Shown here: positions 29,065 to 37,857 of the stretch, piece by piece
Numbering within the stretch: the first letter of the stretch is position 1
Layout of the letters: every line of letters starts with the position of its first letter
Assembly (NCBI GenBank): GCA_035701705.1
Contig: DASSRT010000054.1
Span: 1-45,487 of the forward strand
DNA length: 45,487 nt
Origin: Rhodanobacteraceae bacterium
GTDB taxonomy: Bacteria > Pseudomonadota > Gammaproteobacteria > Xanthomonadales > Rhodanobacteraceae
Direction of reading: 5' to 3'
Notes under the pieces: generated by a model
The model's database searches: none
What the model was told of the DNA's origin: nothing
What the model saw: only the letters and a program-made list of their open reading frames with translations
Translations under genes and position numbers: made by a program

Positions 29065-29589
29065 ACTTTCTCCTCTGTTTTGCGGGCGCCTGCCGGCGCT
29101 AAAATGCCTGTAGAAACTTCAAGTGGCATTCATCCACACTCGCTGATACTCTTCGCCGAAGGGCAGTTTTGACGGGCTCAGCCGCTTCGACGTCCTGTTG
29201 GATTTCCTGAATCTGGCGCCCGGAACACGGTTACTCTGGATTCCCCCTGTTCCTGATGACCGCCGGGCGCCAGTTCCTTTTCGTGGTCTTCCAGGCCACA
29301 TCCCCTTCGTCGCGAACCGGCTCCTGCTTTGCCGGTCCCTCGCCACTCGCAATGGCTGCTTCGATGGGAGCGCACAGGGGTAGTGCACTTCGCGTGCCAA
29401 CCCCCCGGTCCGGACGCGCGGCAATTGCAAGAGAATGTGACATTGCCGGGTCGCCGCCATTTTTCGTGCGCCCGGCACGGGGTCTGTAACGTTTTTCCAC
29501 GATTGGCGGCGAAAATGATGGCCGGCGCGCCGCGCACGGCCATCCGGGCGAGCCGTTTTCGCGTTGCAATCAGATACAAATGACGCAAG

Positions 29590-29718
29590 ATGACCAGCTT
29601 TGACGTGATCGTGGTCGGTGGTGGGCGAGACGGCGCGTTTGCGATTTGCCGGGGCGGATCGCGCGTCGGCGAGTCAGCGCAGCACAGGCCAATCGGCGAA
29701 CAACATGCAGTCCTATGA
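29590..29718 (+). other. Vestigial flavoprotein N-terminus (42-codon [15 protein letters not shown]...) overlapping the mnmG start out of frame
   Basis: Hand translation: ATG ACC AGC TTT GAC GTG ATC GTG GTC GGT GGT GGG, then non-homologous codons to the TGA at 29716-29718. It mirrors the genuine MnmG start [12 protein letters not shown], 115 nt downstream. Confidence 0.35.
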
Positions 29719-31600
29719 CGTCATCGTGGTGGGCGGCGGTCACGCCGGCACGGAAGCCGCGCTGGCCTCGGCGCGCGCAGGCGCGCGCACCCTGCTGTTG
29801 ACCCACAACCTCGAAACGATCGGCCAGATGAGTTGCAATCCCGCGATCGGCGGGATCGGCAAGGGTCACCTGGTCAAGGAAATCGACGCGCTGGGCGGGG
29901 CGATGGCACATGCCGCCGACCTCGCGGGCATCCAGTGGCGCATCTTGAACGCGTCGAAAGGCCCGGCGGTGCGCGCGACCCGCTGCCAGGCCGATCGCGC
30001 CTTGTACAAGGCGGCGGTGCGCCGCATCGTCGAGGCACAACCGAACCTCGAACTGTTCCAGCAGGCGGTCGACGATCTGGTGATCGAGCAAGGCCGCGTG
30101 GCCGGCGTCGTCACGCAGATGGGCCTGACGATCCGCGCGCCGCGCGTGGTGCTGACGGTCGGCACCTTCCTCGCCGGCAAGATCCACATCGGTCTCGAAA
30201 ACCACGCCGGTGGTCGCGCCGGCGATCCGCCCGCGACGGCGTTGGCGCTGCGACTGCGTGAATTGCCGCTGGGGGCCGATCGCCTGAAGACCGGCACCCC
30301 GCCGCGCATCGACGCGCGTTCGCTGGATTATTCGGTGTTCGAAGAACAGGCAGGCGACGATCCACTGCCGGTGTTTTCCTATCTGGGCGCGCGCGCCGAA
30401 CATCCGCGCCAGGTGCCGTGCTGGATCACGCACACCAATGCGCGCACCCACGACATCATCCGTGCCGGGCTCGACCGTTCACCACTCTATACGGGCAAGA
30501 TCGAAGGCACCGGCCCACGCTACTGCCCGTCGATCGAAGACAAGGTAGTGCGCTTTGCCGACAAGGCTTCGCACCAGATCTTCATCGAACCGGAAGGCCT
30601 CGATGCCGTCGAGATCTATCCGAATGGCATTTCGACCTCACTGCCGTACGACGTGCAAGTCGAGCTGGTGCATTCCATCCGGGGCTTCGAACATGCCCAC
30701 ATCACCCGCCCGGGCTACGCGATCGAATACGATTATTTCGACCCGCGCGGCCTGCAGCCGTGGCTGGAAACCAAGGCCATAGCGGGCCTGTATTTCGCCG
30801 GCCAGATCAACGGCACCACCGGTTACGAGGAAGCCGCGGCCCAAGGCTTGATCGCCGGACTCAACGCCGCGCGCGCATCACGCAGTGAAGCGCCATGGTG
30901 GCCGCGTCGCGACGAGGCCTACATCGGCGTGCTGATCGACGATCTGACCACCAACGGCACCATCGAGCCGTACCGGATGTTCACCTCGCGCGCCGAGTAT
31001 CGCCTGCACTTGCGCGAGGACAATGCGGATTTGCGCTTGACCGAAAAGGGTTTCGAATTGGGCGTGGTACCACAGCCGCGTTTCGATGCGATGCGCGCCA
31101 GGCGCGAAGCCGTCGAGTGCGAAACCGCGCGGCTCAAGACGCTGTGGGCGACACCGGCGAACGCGCTGGGTGTGGCGCTGAAAACGGAATTCGGCATTGC
31201 CCTCGGCCATGAAGCGACGGCGCTCGACCTGTTGCGCCGCCCCGAACTCGACTACGCCAGGCTCGCGACACTGGACGGCTTCGGCCCGGCCGTCGCAAGC
31301 GCCGATGTCGCGCAACAGGTGGAAGTGCAGGCCAAGTACGCGGGCTATCTCGATCGCCAGCATCAGGAAATCGAACGCCAGCGCCAGCACGAGGACACGC
31401 CGATTCCGGCGGCCTTTGCCTACGATGAGGTGCGCGGATTGTCGGCCGAGGTGTCGGTGAAGCTGAAACGGGTGCAACCGGCAACGCTCGGCCAGGCCCG
31501 CCGCATCAGCGGCGTCACGCCGGCGGCGATCTCGTTGTTGCTGGTGCACCTGAAACGGCAGTCGAATCGCGGCCCCCTCGCTGGATCCCGATCGGCTTAG
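29705..31600 (+). CDS. mnmG: tRNA uridine-5-carboxymethylaminomethyl(34) synthesis enzyme MnmG (GidA)
   Basis: 631 aa from the ATG at 29705. [19 protein letters not shown]...[36 protein letters not shown] is the canonical MnmG N-terminus. Confidence 0.95.
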   Translation: MQSYDVIVVGGGHAGTEAALASARAGARTLLLTHNLETIGQMSCNPAIGGIGKGHLVKEIDALGGAMAHAADLAGIQWRILNASKGPAVRATRCQADRALYKAAVRRIVEAQPNLELFQQAVDDLVIEQGRVAGVVTQMGLTIRAPRVVLTVGTFLAGKIHIGLENHAGGRAGDPPATALALRLRELPLGADRLKTGTPPRIDARSLDYSVFEEQAGDDPLPVFSYLGARAEHPRQVPCWITHTNARTHDIIRAGLDRSPLYTGKIEGTGPRYCPSIEDKVVRFADKASHQIFIEPEGLDAVEIYPNGISTSLPYDVQVELVHSIRGFEHAHITRPGYAIEYDYFDPRGLQPWLETKAIAGLYFAGQINGTTGYEEAAAQGLIAGLNAARASRSEAPWWPRRDEAYIGVLIDDLTTNGTIEPYRMFTSRAEYRLHLREDNADLRLTEKGFELGVVPQPRFDAMRARREAVECETARLKTLWATPANALGVALKTEFGIALGHEATALDLLRRPELDYARLATLDGFGPAVASADVAQQVEVQAKYAGYLDRQHQEIERQRQHEDTPIPAAFAYDEVRGLSAEVSVKLKRVQPATLGQARRISGVTPAAISLLLVHLKRQSNRGPLAGSRSA

Positions 31601-31736
31601 GTGCGCGCTGATTCGCGGCAAGCGGCCTTTCCGGGCGCGCCGCCGCAACGCCGCCGCGCCGCGGCAATGACTGATTCAAACGTTTGTATTAGTCTTGGCG
31701 CACTCCGCCATTCGGCGATTTTGGAGATTCCGGGCC

Positions 31737-33647
31737 ATGCTTCGTCCTCGTTACCTCGCCTGCGCCGTGGCGCTGGCGCTTGCCAGTTCCGCCTTCGTTG
31801 CTCAGGCCGCGCCCGCGGTGCAGCCTGCCGCGACCGCTTCGTCGACCGCCCACGCAGGCCTGTTCGACAACATGGTGGTGTTTGGCGACAGCCTTTCCGA
31901 TGACGGCAACATCACGCTGTCGCAGGGCCTGCCGATCTTCCGCTGGACCACCAATCCCGGCCAGACAGGACTCGAGGACGTCGCCGATTTCTTCGGCACG
32001 CCGCTGACGCCGGCCGTGGCCGGTGGCACCGACTTCGCCTTCGGCGGCGCCGGCATCGTCAACAATTCCCCGGGCGTGCCGGCCAGCGTGCCGACCTTGC
32101 CGACCCAGCTCGGCATGTATCTGCAGGCGACCGGCGGCAAGGCCGACCCCAACACGCTGTACGCGGTGTGGGGCGGCGCCAATGACATTTTTTACAACGC
32201 TTACGTTGCGTCCCAAGGCGGGCTCACGCCGGCCCAGGTGCAGACCAACCTGATCATCGCCGCCGACACCGAACTCGGCATGATCCAGCAACTCGGCCAG
32301 GCTGGCGCGCGCTACGTGATGGTGGTCAACCTGCCGAACATCGGGATCACGCCCGATGCGACATTGCAGGGTCCGGCCGCCGCGGCGCAACTCACTGGCA
32401 TGTCGCTGACCTTCAACAATGCCCTGAACGCAGGGCTGGCCAACACCGGCGTCAACATCATTCCGGTGAATGCCTTTGCCTTCCTCAACGAGGTCGTGGC
32501 CAACCCGAGTGCCTATGGGTTCACCAACGTCACCACGCCAGCTTGCAGCAGCAGCGCCTTGGCCTGCCTGCCTGCCGGCACGCCGGGGGCCACGTCCACC
32601 TATCAGCCGGGAACCGAGTCCACGTACCTGTTCGCCGACGGCGTGCACCCGACCACGGCCGCGCACGCGATGTTGGCGCAATACGCGGAGTCGATCGTGA
32701 TCGCGCCGGGCCAGATGTCGCTGCTGGCCGAGGCCCCGCTCGAGATCAACGCAAGCCTTAATCGCGCGATCACCACGCAGGCCACCACCCGCCTCGCCAG
32801 CGCGCCGGGCAACGGCCTGCGCCTGTGGGCCAACTACGACTACGCGCGCCAGCGGCTGGATGCGCAGGTGAATTCGCCCAAGAGCGACAACGACGTCAAC
32901 ACCTTGAGCTTCGGTGCCGACTTGCATCCTTCCGATTCCGTGACCGCGGGCCTGGCCTTCACCGTTGGCCAGAACAAGGCAAGTTATGCCGGCAACATGG
33001 GCGGCTTCAAGCTGCAGGACCTGTTGGCCACCGGTTACGTGATGTGGGGCTGGCAACAGGCCTACTTCGGCGCGATCGGCAGCTTTGGCCATCTGGGCTA
33101 CAGCGACATCCAGCGCAATATCCCGATCGGCCCGAGCGTGCGTCAGGAAAGCGGCGACACCTCCGGCTCGCATGAAGCCTTCGCGCTGACCGGCGGCTGG
33201 TGGCTCGACTTCGGTGACTGGCGTACCGGTCCGTACGCGGACGTCGGCTGGCAGAGCATCGAGGTGAACGCCTACTCCGAGAACGGCAACACCGCCACCA
33301 CCATGACCTTCGGCAAGCAGAACCGGCACGCCTTGATCGGCACGCTCGGCTGGCAGCTCAACGGCAACCTCAAGGCCGGCGATGCCACCTTGCATCCGTA
33401 CGCGCGGGTGGCGTGGAACCATGACAGTGACGCCGATGCGGACGAAGTGACCGCGGGACTCGTCAGCATGCCCGGCCAATTCACGCTGCCCGGCTTCGCT
33501 GCCGACCGCAATTGGGGCAGCGTCGGGGTGGGCCTCGCCGCCGACTTCTCGTCGAATTTCTCGGGCTGGATCGGCTACGACGGCCGCTTCTCGGATTCGA
33601 GCCAGCGCGTGAACAGTCTCAACATCGGCGCCAAGCTGAAGTTCTGA
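31737..33647 (+). CDS. Autotransporter with an SGNH/GDSL esterase passenger (EstA-like)
   Basis: ATG at 31737 follows GGAGA. Signal peptide MLRPRYLACAVALALASSAFVAQA, GDSL block VVFGDSLSDDGN, and a C-terminal beta-barrel ending NIGAKLKF. Confidence 0.9.
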   Translation: MLRPRYLACAVALALASSAFVAQAAPAVQPAATASSTAHAGLFDNMVVFGDSLSDDGNITLSQGLPIFRWTTNPGQTGLEDVADFFGTPLTPAVAGGTDFAFGGAGIVNNSPGVPASVPTLPTQLGMYLQATGGKADPNTLYAVWGGANDIFYNAYVASQGGLTPAQVQTNLIIAADTELGMIQQLGQAGARYVMVVNLPNIGITPDATLQGPAAAAQLTGMSLTFNNALNAGLANTGVNIIPVNAFAFLNEVVANPSAYGFTNVTTPACSSSALACLPAGTPGATSTYQPGTESTYLFADGVHPTTAAHAMLAQYAESIVIAPGQMSLLAEAPLEINASLNRAITTQATTRLASAPGNGLRLWANYDYARQRLDAQVNSPKSDNDVNTLSFGADLHPSDSVTAGLAFTVGQNKASYAGNMGGFKLQDLLATGYVMWGWQQAYFGAIGSFGHLGYSDIQRNIPIGPSVRQESGDTSGSHEAFALTGGWWLDFGDWRTGPYADVGWQSIEVNAYSENGNTATTMTFGKQNRHALIGTLGWQLNGNLKAGDATLHPYARVAWNHDSDADADEVTAGLVSMPGQFTLPGFAADRNWGSVGVGLAADFSSNFSGWIGYDGRFSDSSQRVNSLNIGAKLKF

Positions 33648-33665
33648 TCGGGTAAACCGCGCAAC

Positions 33666-33696
33666 GAAAAAGGCCGCGCAATGCGCGGCCTTTTTC
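33666..33696. terminator. Bidirectional rho-independent terminator between convergent genes
   Basis: AAAAA-GGCCGCGC-AAT-GCGCGGCC-TTTTT: an 8-bp GC stem flanked by A5 and T5. Confidence 0.8.
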
Positions 33697-33716
33697 TTGC
33701 AGCAAACGGGGAGGCG

Positions 33717-34583
33717 TCAGTGCTGCTTGCTGAAGCGCTTGTACTGCGTCTCGGCGTCGCGGTGCAGCGTCTTGGTGGTGGCATCGGACACCGTCGTGGT
33801 GTTGCTGCCCTGGACCTGTTCGTTCACCACCAGCACGCCGTCATCGCCCCAAGCCACGCGGGTCGTCGAGGTCGGCGCTGCGGTCGGCGAGGTCAAGGCT
33901 TCCTGCACGACTACCCACGGCAGACCGTTGCGGTAGGCGTACTCGGTCTTGGTGAAACCGGTGTCGTTGTGGTTCACCTGTTCAATGATGAACTCGACCC
34001 CGTTCGCGTCACGGAAAACCTGCCAGCTGCGCGCTTCGCCGATCTTGCTGGACGAACCTTGCGTCACCTTCATGCCGCCGGTGGCGCGCTTGGCGTCCTG
34101 GAACGCGGCCATCATCTTCTCCGCCCGCGTCGGCTGCGGGATCAGTGTCAGGTTGACCGTGGCGGGCTGGTTGTGGGTCAACACCGGCTGCTGCATCGGC
34201 GTGGTCCAGGTGCGGCCATTGGCCTGCATGGTCGCCTGCAGCACGTACAGGTCATTGGGGTTGATCTGACCCGCGGTGAAGGGAATGCTGAACGACTGCG
34301 GGAACTTCGGTGCAGCCACGTTCTGCTGGTTGACGGTCACTCCGGGCTGCTTGCTGACATCGACCAATGACAGTTGCAGGGTGGCGCCGGGCTGCAGCAC
34401 AGTCGCGGCGTCCTGCAGGTTGACCGTGCCGCTGACAGCAGTCGCGGCCGTGGCCGGCGTGGCGGCAGACGCCGGCGCCGATACGGGCGCCGAGGCAGAC
34501 GACTCGGCTTCAGGGGACTGCGAGCCGCATCCGGCGAGGATCAACGGGACAATCAGCAACGGAGCAACAACAGACTTTCGCAT
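33717..34583 (-). CDS. Lipoprotein with a YbaY-like domain
   Basis: 288 aa from the ATG at 34583, preceded by AGAGGAA. Lipobox LILAGC. The segment TLQLSLVDVSKQPGVTVNQQNV...FSIPFTAGQINPNDLYVLQATMQANGRTWTT resembles YbaY-family lipoproteins. The longer ORF extension was discarded. Confidence 0.7.
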   Translation of the reverse strand: MRKSVVAPLLIVPLILAGCGSQSPEAESSASAPVSAPASAATPATAATAVSGTVNLQDAATVLQPGATLQLSLVDVSKQPGVTVNQQNVAAPKFPQSFSIPFTAGQINPNDLYVLQATMQANGRTWTTPMQQPVLTHNQPATVNLTLIPQPTRAEKMMAAFQDAKRATGGMKVTQGSSSKIGEARSWQVFRDANGVEFIIEQVNHNDTGFTKTEYAYRNGLPWVVVQEALTSPTAAPTSTTRVAWGDDGVLVVNEQVQGSNTTTVSDATTKTLHRDAETQYKRFSKQH

Positions 34584-34776
34584 GGGGGTTCCTCTGGTGA
34601 AAGCGAGCGCGCGCACCAAGATGCAGCGCGGCAGCGTCGGCCACGATGGGAATTCAGGCCGGACCTTTGATTTTAGCGCGGATGCAGCGCTGGCGGAAGC
34701 CGTTGACGGCAATGATTGCCCGAACCCGCGGCTCCCGCCCGGGTCGCCGGAACCTTTCGCCCAGCTTTCGTCCGGC

Positions 34777-34805
34777 TTGCGCACACGTAAAAATATCGCT
34801 AATGT
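34777..34805 (+). promoter_or_regulatory. Candidate sigma70 promoter for the TonB-dependent receptor gene
   Basis: TTGCGC (34777-34782), a 17-nt AT-rich spacer, then TAATGT (34800-34805). This leaves a leader of about 150 nt. Sequence match only. Confidence 0.35.
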
Positions 34806-34961
34806 GAATGCCGCGTTAAGTTCAGACGCCGCTGTCACGAGGTTCCAGGAAGGTCGCTGGCCTTCGCACACGTGACGACGACCATACTTCCGGGCGCATG
34901 CCGACGCGTAGGCATGGATTCGGATCACCATTTTCTCCGTACTGTTTGGGGAGTACTCCTG

Positions 34962-37790
34962 ATGAATCGCAAGCTCCTGGCCTCGGCCATCTGCGCCAGC
35001 CTGTTCGTTGCAGGCACCGCGTATGCGCAGAATGCCACCACCACGCAAACGCAGGATCAGACTGCGACCGCGCAAAACACCAAGAAGGAAAAGCCGAAGA
35101 CCCTGGAGACCGTCACGGTCACCGGTTCGCTGATCCCGCAGTCGGAGATCGAAACCGCCAACCCGGTCATCACGATCACTTCGCAGGAAATGGAGAAGCA
35201 GGGTTTCCGCAACGTGTATGACGCGCTGCAGACACTGACCGTCTCCACGGGTTCGGTACAGGGCAACCAGGCCGCTTCGCAGGGTACGTTCACCCCCGGC
35301 GCGCAGGTCATCAGCCTGTTTGGTCTCGACCCCGCCTTCACCTTGACCCTGCTCAACGGCCACCCGCTGGCCGACTACCCGCTGCCCTACAACGGCGGCG
35401 AGAGCATCACGGATCTCTCCAACATCCCGACCGCGATGGTCGACCACATCGATATCCTGACGGGTGGCGCATCATCGCTTTATGGCTCGTCGGCCATTTC
35501 CGGCGTCATCAACATCGTGCTGAAGAAGCACATCGAGGGCACCAACCTTTCGTTCCGCGTGGGCGGCTATCAAAACGGCGGCGGCCAGAACGAGCGCCTG
35601 CAATTTTCCGGCGGCCACACGTGGGGCAAGCTCTCGTCCACCTACGCCTTGAGCGTGACCAACCAGAACCCGCTTACCGTTGCGCAATCCTTCTGGCCAT
35701 CGCGCTTGGAAAACCCCATGGGGCCGCCCTACGTCGCGGCCCGAGCCATCATGATCTTCAGCCCGTTCACCGGTGCGTATGACGATCCGGGCGCGGGGGC
35801 GTGCAACGCCGTCTCCGGATTGTTCGGCGGCACGATGGGCTACGATCACCGCCCTAACAGTGGGTATTATTGCGGCACCTATCACGATTCCGATCACGTT
35901 TCCCTGTTGAACCGCAGCCTGAACGTCAATGGCTACCTCAACCTGACGTACCAGCTCAACGACAACGCCGAGCTGTACGGCGATGTACTGTATGGGTTCT
36001 CCAAGCAGGGCATCAACGGCGGGCCGAGCGTTTACTCGTATTACAACCCCGGGTTGAGCCAGTCGGCCAATGCCTACGCGTCCATTTTCTTTGATCCCGA
36101 TGTCGGCGACTTCCGGTCGGTCCAGCGTTACATTGCGCCAGAGGAAATGGGCGGTTCGGACGGCAACCTCGACCGCATCCGCACCCGTCAGTACAACGCC
36201 GACTTCGGTATCCGTGGCAACTTCGGCGACTCCAGCTGGGCCTACGATGCGTACTACAACCGTTCGCAGGTCAACACCTCCGAAACCAGTCCCTGGCTGC
36301 TGAACGGACCGGCAACCGACTATTTCCTTGGCCAACAACAGGGCACCGATCCGTATGGATACGGCTTCCCGGTGTTCACGCCCGATTACGACCACCTGTA
36401 CAACCCGGTGAGCCAGTCCCAGTGGCTTGCGATGTCTGCCGACATCCAGTCGAAGTCGGTTTCCTGGCAGCAGAACGTGCACGCCACGATAACCAATACC
36501 GACTTGTTCGAAATGGCTGGCGGGTCGGCGGGCTTCGCCGCCGTTGCGGAGTGGGGCAATCAGTCGTTCCACAGCCCGGTTGATCCGCGCCTGATCGCGG
36601 GTGATTTCGTTGGTCGAACCGGTACGGAAGGTGGCGGTTCGCGCGACCGTTGGGCCGTGGGTGCGGAGCTTCGCTTGCCGCTGCTCAAGCAGCTGACCGC
36701 TGACGTTTCGGCGCGTTACGACTCCTACAGTTCAGCGGGCCGCAAAGATGCGAAGGCGACCTACAAGCTGGGACTGGAGTACCGGCCGTTCGACACCTTG
36801 TTGCTGCGCGCCAACTACGCAACAGCGTTCCGCGCGCCGGACATGTACTACCTGTTCCAGAAGCCCAGCGGCTTCTATACCGGCGCAACCGACTATTACC
36901 TGTGCCGCTATTACGGCTACACCGCGTCGAACTTGGGCAGCTGCCCATATGCGGACGAGTCGATGTTCTCGTTCTATCGTGGCAGCCCCGACCTCAAGAA
37001 CGTGACCGCCACGTCGTGGGGTTATGGCCTGGTCTGGTCGCCAACCACCAACTTCACCCTCAAGGCGGATTACACCAACATCAAGATCAGCAATGAGATC
37101 ACGACGCAATCGCCTGACTCACTGTTGCAGCTTGAGGCCAATTGCCGGCTCGGCGTGTCGTTCGGTGGCCAGGCGTATGACATCAACTCGACGCAGTGCC
37201 AAAACGCGATTGCGCAGGTTGCCCGCTTCCCGGCCAACGATCCGTTCGTGTTGGCGCGAAACCAGATCCAGAATGTCCAGACCTTCCCGATCAACATCGG
37301 CAGCGAGCGGGCGAACTTCATTCAGGCCAGTGCGCAGTACAAGTTCGACCTCGGCCGGGCCGGTGATCTGGCGTTGTCAGCCGACTACTTCGTCGAACTG
37401 CACCACGAATACCAGCAGAACCCGGGCGATCCGTACATCGACCTGTTGCACAATTACAACTCGTACGAGTTCAAGACCCGTACGAGCGCATCCGCATCGT
37501 GGGCGGTCGGCAAGTGGACCACAACCCTGTTCGGCACCCTGTATGGCAAGTCGGTGAACTACGGCGGTACCGGCACCATGGGCCGTTGGGCAACGTTCAA
37601 CGGCAGCTTGAACTACCAGATCGACAAGGACGTGGCGGTGCAACTGACGGTGAACAACCTGGCCAACCGCGCGCCGCCGACCGAGTACTCGTTCGGCTCT
37701 GAGAGCGTGCTTCCACCGCCGTACTACAACTTCTACGTGTACAACGGTTATGGCCGCATGACCTGGCTGGAACTGCAGATGCACTTCTGA
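34962..37790 (+). CDS. TonB-dependent outer-membrane receptor
   Basis: 942 aa from the ATG at 34962. Signal peptide MNRKLLASAICASLFVAGTAYA, plug region TLETVTVTGS...ANPVITITSQEM...NVYDALQ, and a C-terminal aromatic residue (...WLELQMHF). Confidence 0.92.
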   Translation: MNRKLLASAICASLFVAGTAYAQNATTTQTQDQTATAQNTKKEKPKTLETVTVTGSLIPQSEIETANPVITITSQEMEKQGFRNVYDALQTLTVSTGSVQGNQAASQGTFTPGAQVISLFGLDPAFTLTLLNGHPLADYPLPYNGGESITDLSNIPTAMVDHIDILTGGASSLYGSSAISGVINIVLKKHIEGTNLSFRVGGYQNGGGQNERLQFSGGHTWGKLSSTYALSVTNQNPLTVAQSFWPSRLENPMGPPYVAARAIMIFSPFTGAYDDPGAGACNAVSGLFGGTMGYDHRPNSGYYCGTYHDSDHVSLLNRSLNVNGYLNLTYQLNDNAELYGDVLYGFSKQGINGGPSVYSYYNPGLSQSANAYASIFFDPDVGDFRSVQRYIAPEEMGGSDGNLDRIRTRQYNADFGIRGNFGDSSWAYDAYYNRSQVNTSETSPWLLNGPATDYFLGQQQGTDPYGYGFPVFTPDYDHLYNPVSQSQWLAMSADIQSKSVSWQQNVHATITNTDLFEMAGGSAGFAAVAEWGNQSFHSPVDPRLIAGDFVGRTGTEGGGSRDRWAVGAELRLPLLKQLTADVSARYDSYSSAGRKDAKATYKLGLEYRPFDTLLLRANYATAFRAPDMYYLFQKPSGFYTGATDYYLCRYYGYTASNLGSCPYADESMFSFYRGSPDLKNVTATSWGYGLVWSPTTNFTLKADYTNIKISNEITTQSPDSLLQLEANCRLGVSFGGQAYDINSTQCQNAIAQVARFPANDPFVLARNQIQNVQTFPINIGSERANFIQASAQYKFDLGRAGDLALSADYFVELHHEYQQNPGDPYIDLLHNYNSYEFKTRTSASASWAVGKWTTTLFGTLYGKSVNYGGTGTMGRWATFNGSLNYQIDKDVAVQLTVNNLANRAPPTEYSFGSESVLPPPYYNFYVYNGYGRMTWLELQMHF

Positions 37791-37814
37791 TTCACGCCGA
37801 AAGGCTTGAACCGC

Positions 37815-37843
37815 AAGGGCCGGCGAAAGCCGGCCCTTTTTTC
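37815..37843 (+). terminator. Rho-independent terminator after the TonB-dependent receptor gene
   Basis: GGGCCGGC-GAAA-GCCGGCCC followed by TTTTTT (37817-37842). Confidence 0.8.
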
Positions 37844-37857
37844 GTCCGACCCCGTGG

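Noticed and set aside
29065-29704. Possible chromosomal origin (oriC) next to mnmG/gidA, as in E. coli
   Set aside because: Only one near-match to a DnaA box was found by eye (TCATCCACA, one mismatch from TTATCCACA, at about 29131-29139). There is no cluster of boxes, no AT-rich 13-mer repeats, and rsmG/parAB do not follow mnmG. To my knowledge, Xanthomonadales-type genomes place oriC beside dnaA.
34806-34961. Cobalamin/TPP riboswitch or Fur box in the TonB-dependent receptor leader
   Set aside because: The leader is only about 150 nt, I could not find a B12-box-like sequence, and there is no GATAATGATAATCATTATC-like Fur box. Only generic hairpins were seen (GTCACG...CGTGAC at about 34834-34876) and a GGAGTACTCC palindrome over the RBS.
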